Source: Eledone cirrhosa (Eukaryota). From it: a stretch of 64,000 nucleotides of DNA. Position numbers and translations under genes: made by a program. Below are positions 63,385 through 64,000 of this stretch, one piece after another. The stretch spans positions 301,630,001 through 301,694,000 of the forward strand of contig OZ024741.1 of the NCBI GenBank assembly GCA_964016885.1, in the 5' to 3' direction. The notes below the pieces were generated by a model that was not told the origin of the DNA, made no database searches, and was given only the letters and a program-made list of their open reading frames with translations. Position 1 is the first letter of the stretch. Each line of letters begins with the position of its first letter.

Positions 63385-64000
63385 AAGTTAAATAAAAAGT
63401 CAAATGATTAAAATTTAGCTACGTTTATTACTGCTATATATATTTCAGTGACAGCCATCTTTGGCTGTGACCTCTTCAGGCAGTTTGAATTAGTATTGTA
63501 TAGACATGTACATATGTTGTTGAGGTGTATAATATTGTCAATACTCTGATATGCCCAGTTCCTGGTTGGGTTGTTATTTCACTGAGGAACTGGAATCATA
63601 TGAATTCAAACAAACGAATTTCAGTGTCAAAGATCCTCTTCTCCTCTCATTGGTCAGTTATTAGAACATTCCTCATTCTATGTGTTGTTATTGTTGGAGT
63701 TAGCTTAAAAAATTGATAAAATGGTAGAAGGGACAAGGTGTTAAAGGAACAAAATAACAAAAAAAGTGTCAAACTTCCCATTGGTCAGTTCTGAGAGCAT
63801 TCCTCAGTCAGAAGTCTATAGAATTCTTTCTGGGGTGAGGCTCCCTGTAGTGTTTTTGTTTGCTATTGTTAAGTACATTTGACCTCTACCATTATTTTGG
63901 TAGTGTTGTTGGTGTTGTGGTCAGCTTATATCTTGCTGCTGCTAACAATTTAGAAGTATCCAGTGTGTGTTTTTTCTTCATCCCTCCTGCCACCATCTCT
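63380..64000 (-). mobile_element. Probable PLE pLTR/3' UTR running off the window
   Basis: Hammerhead, poly(A) signal and TA repeat in the usual order; internal short repeat ATTGGTCAGTT..AG.ACATTCCTCA twice. Confidence 0.5.
63430..63484 (-). ncRNA. Type-I hammerhead ribozyme (family G pLTR)
   Basis: Minus strand ACTGC-CTGAAGA-GGTCACAGCCA(AAGA)TGGCTGTCACT-GAA-ATATATAT-A-GCAGT, then AATAAA and (TA)n. Confidence 0.83.

Overview
Repeat-saturated, AT-rich animal genomic DNA. The recurring tRNA-SINE resembles octopus SINEs, so a cephalopod origin is inferred. No host protein-coding exon could be supported. Almost everything is retroelement-derived: three L1/Tx1 LINE copies (one full-length, nested in a non-autonomous Helitron), three R4/Dong-like restriction-endonuclease LINEs, an RTE with three C-terminal C2H2 fingers plus RTE-derived internally deleted elements, RTE/RTE-X and CRE fragments, two SINE families, and many Penelope-like element (PLE; Naiad- and Neptune-type) pieces lying in microsatellites. 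The main signal is a PLE/hammerhead system. At least six unrelated pLTR families carry minimal type-I hammerhead ribozyme motifs, three of them with a compensated U3-A8 core. PLE ends repeatedly occur as fold-back palindromes, and several fold points or junctions map onto the ribozyme itself (stem II, the catalytic core or the cleavage site). Other notable items are apparent microsatellite-specific targeting ((CATA)n by the R4-like LINE, GATA by Tx1, (TA)n by PLEs), a 38-nt GT-AG segment whose removal would fuse Tx1 ORF1 to ORF2 in frame, and a circularly permuted local duplication. All alignments and folds were done by eye, so boundaries are approximate.
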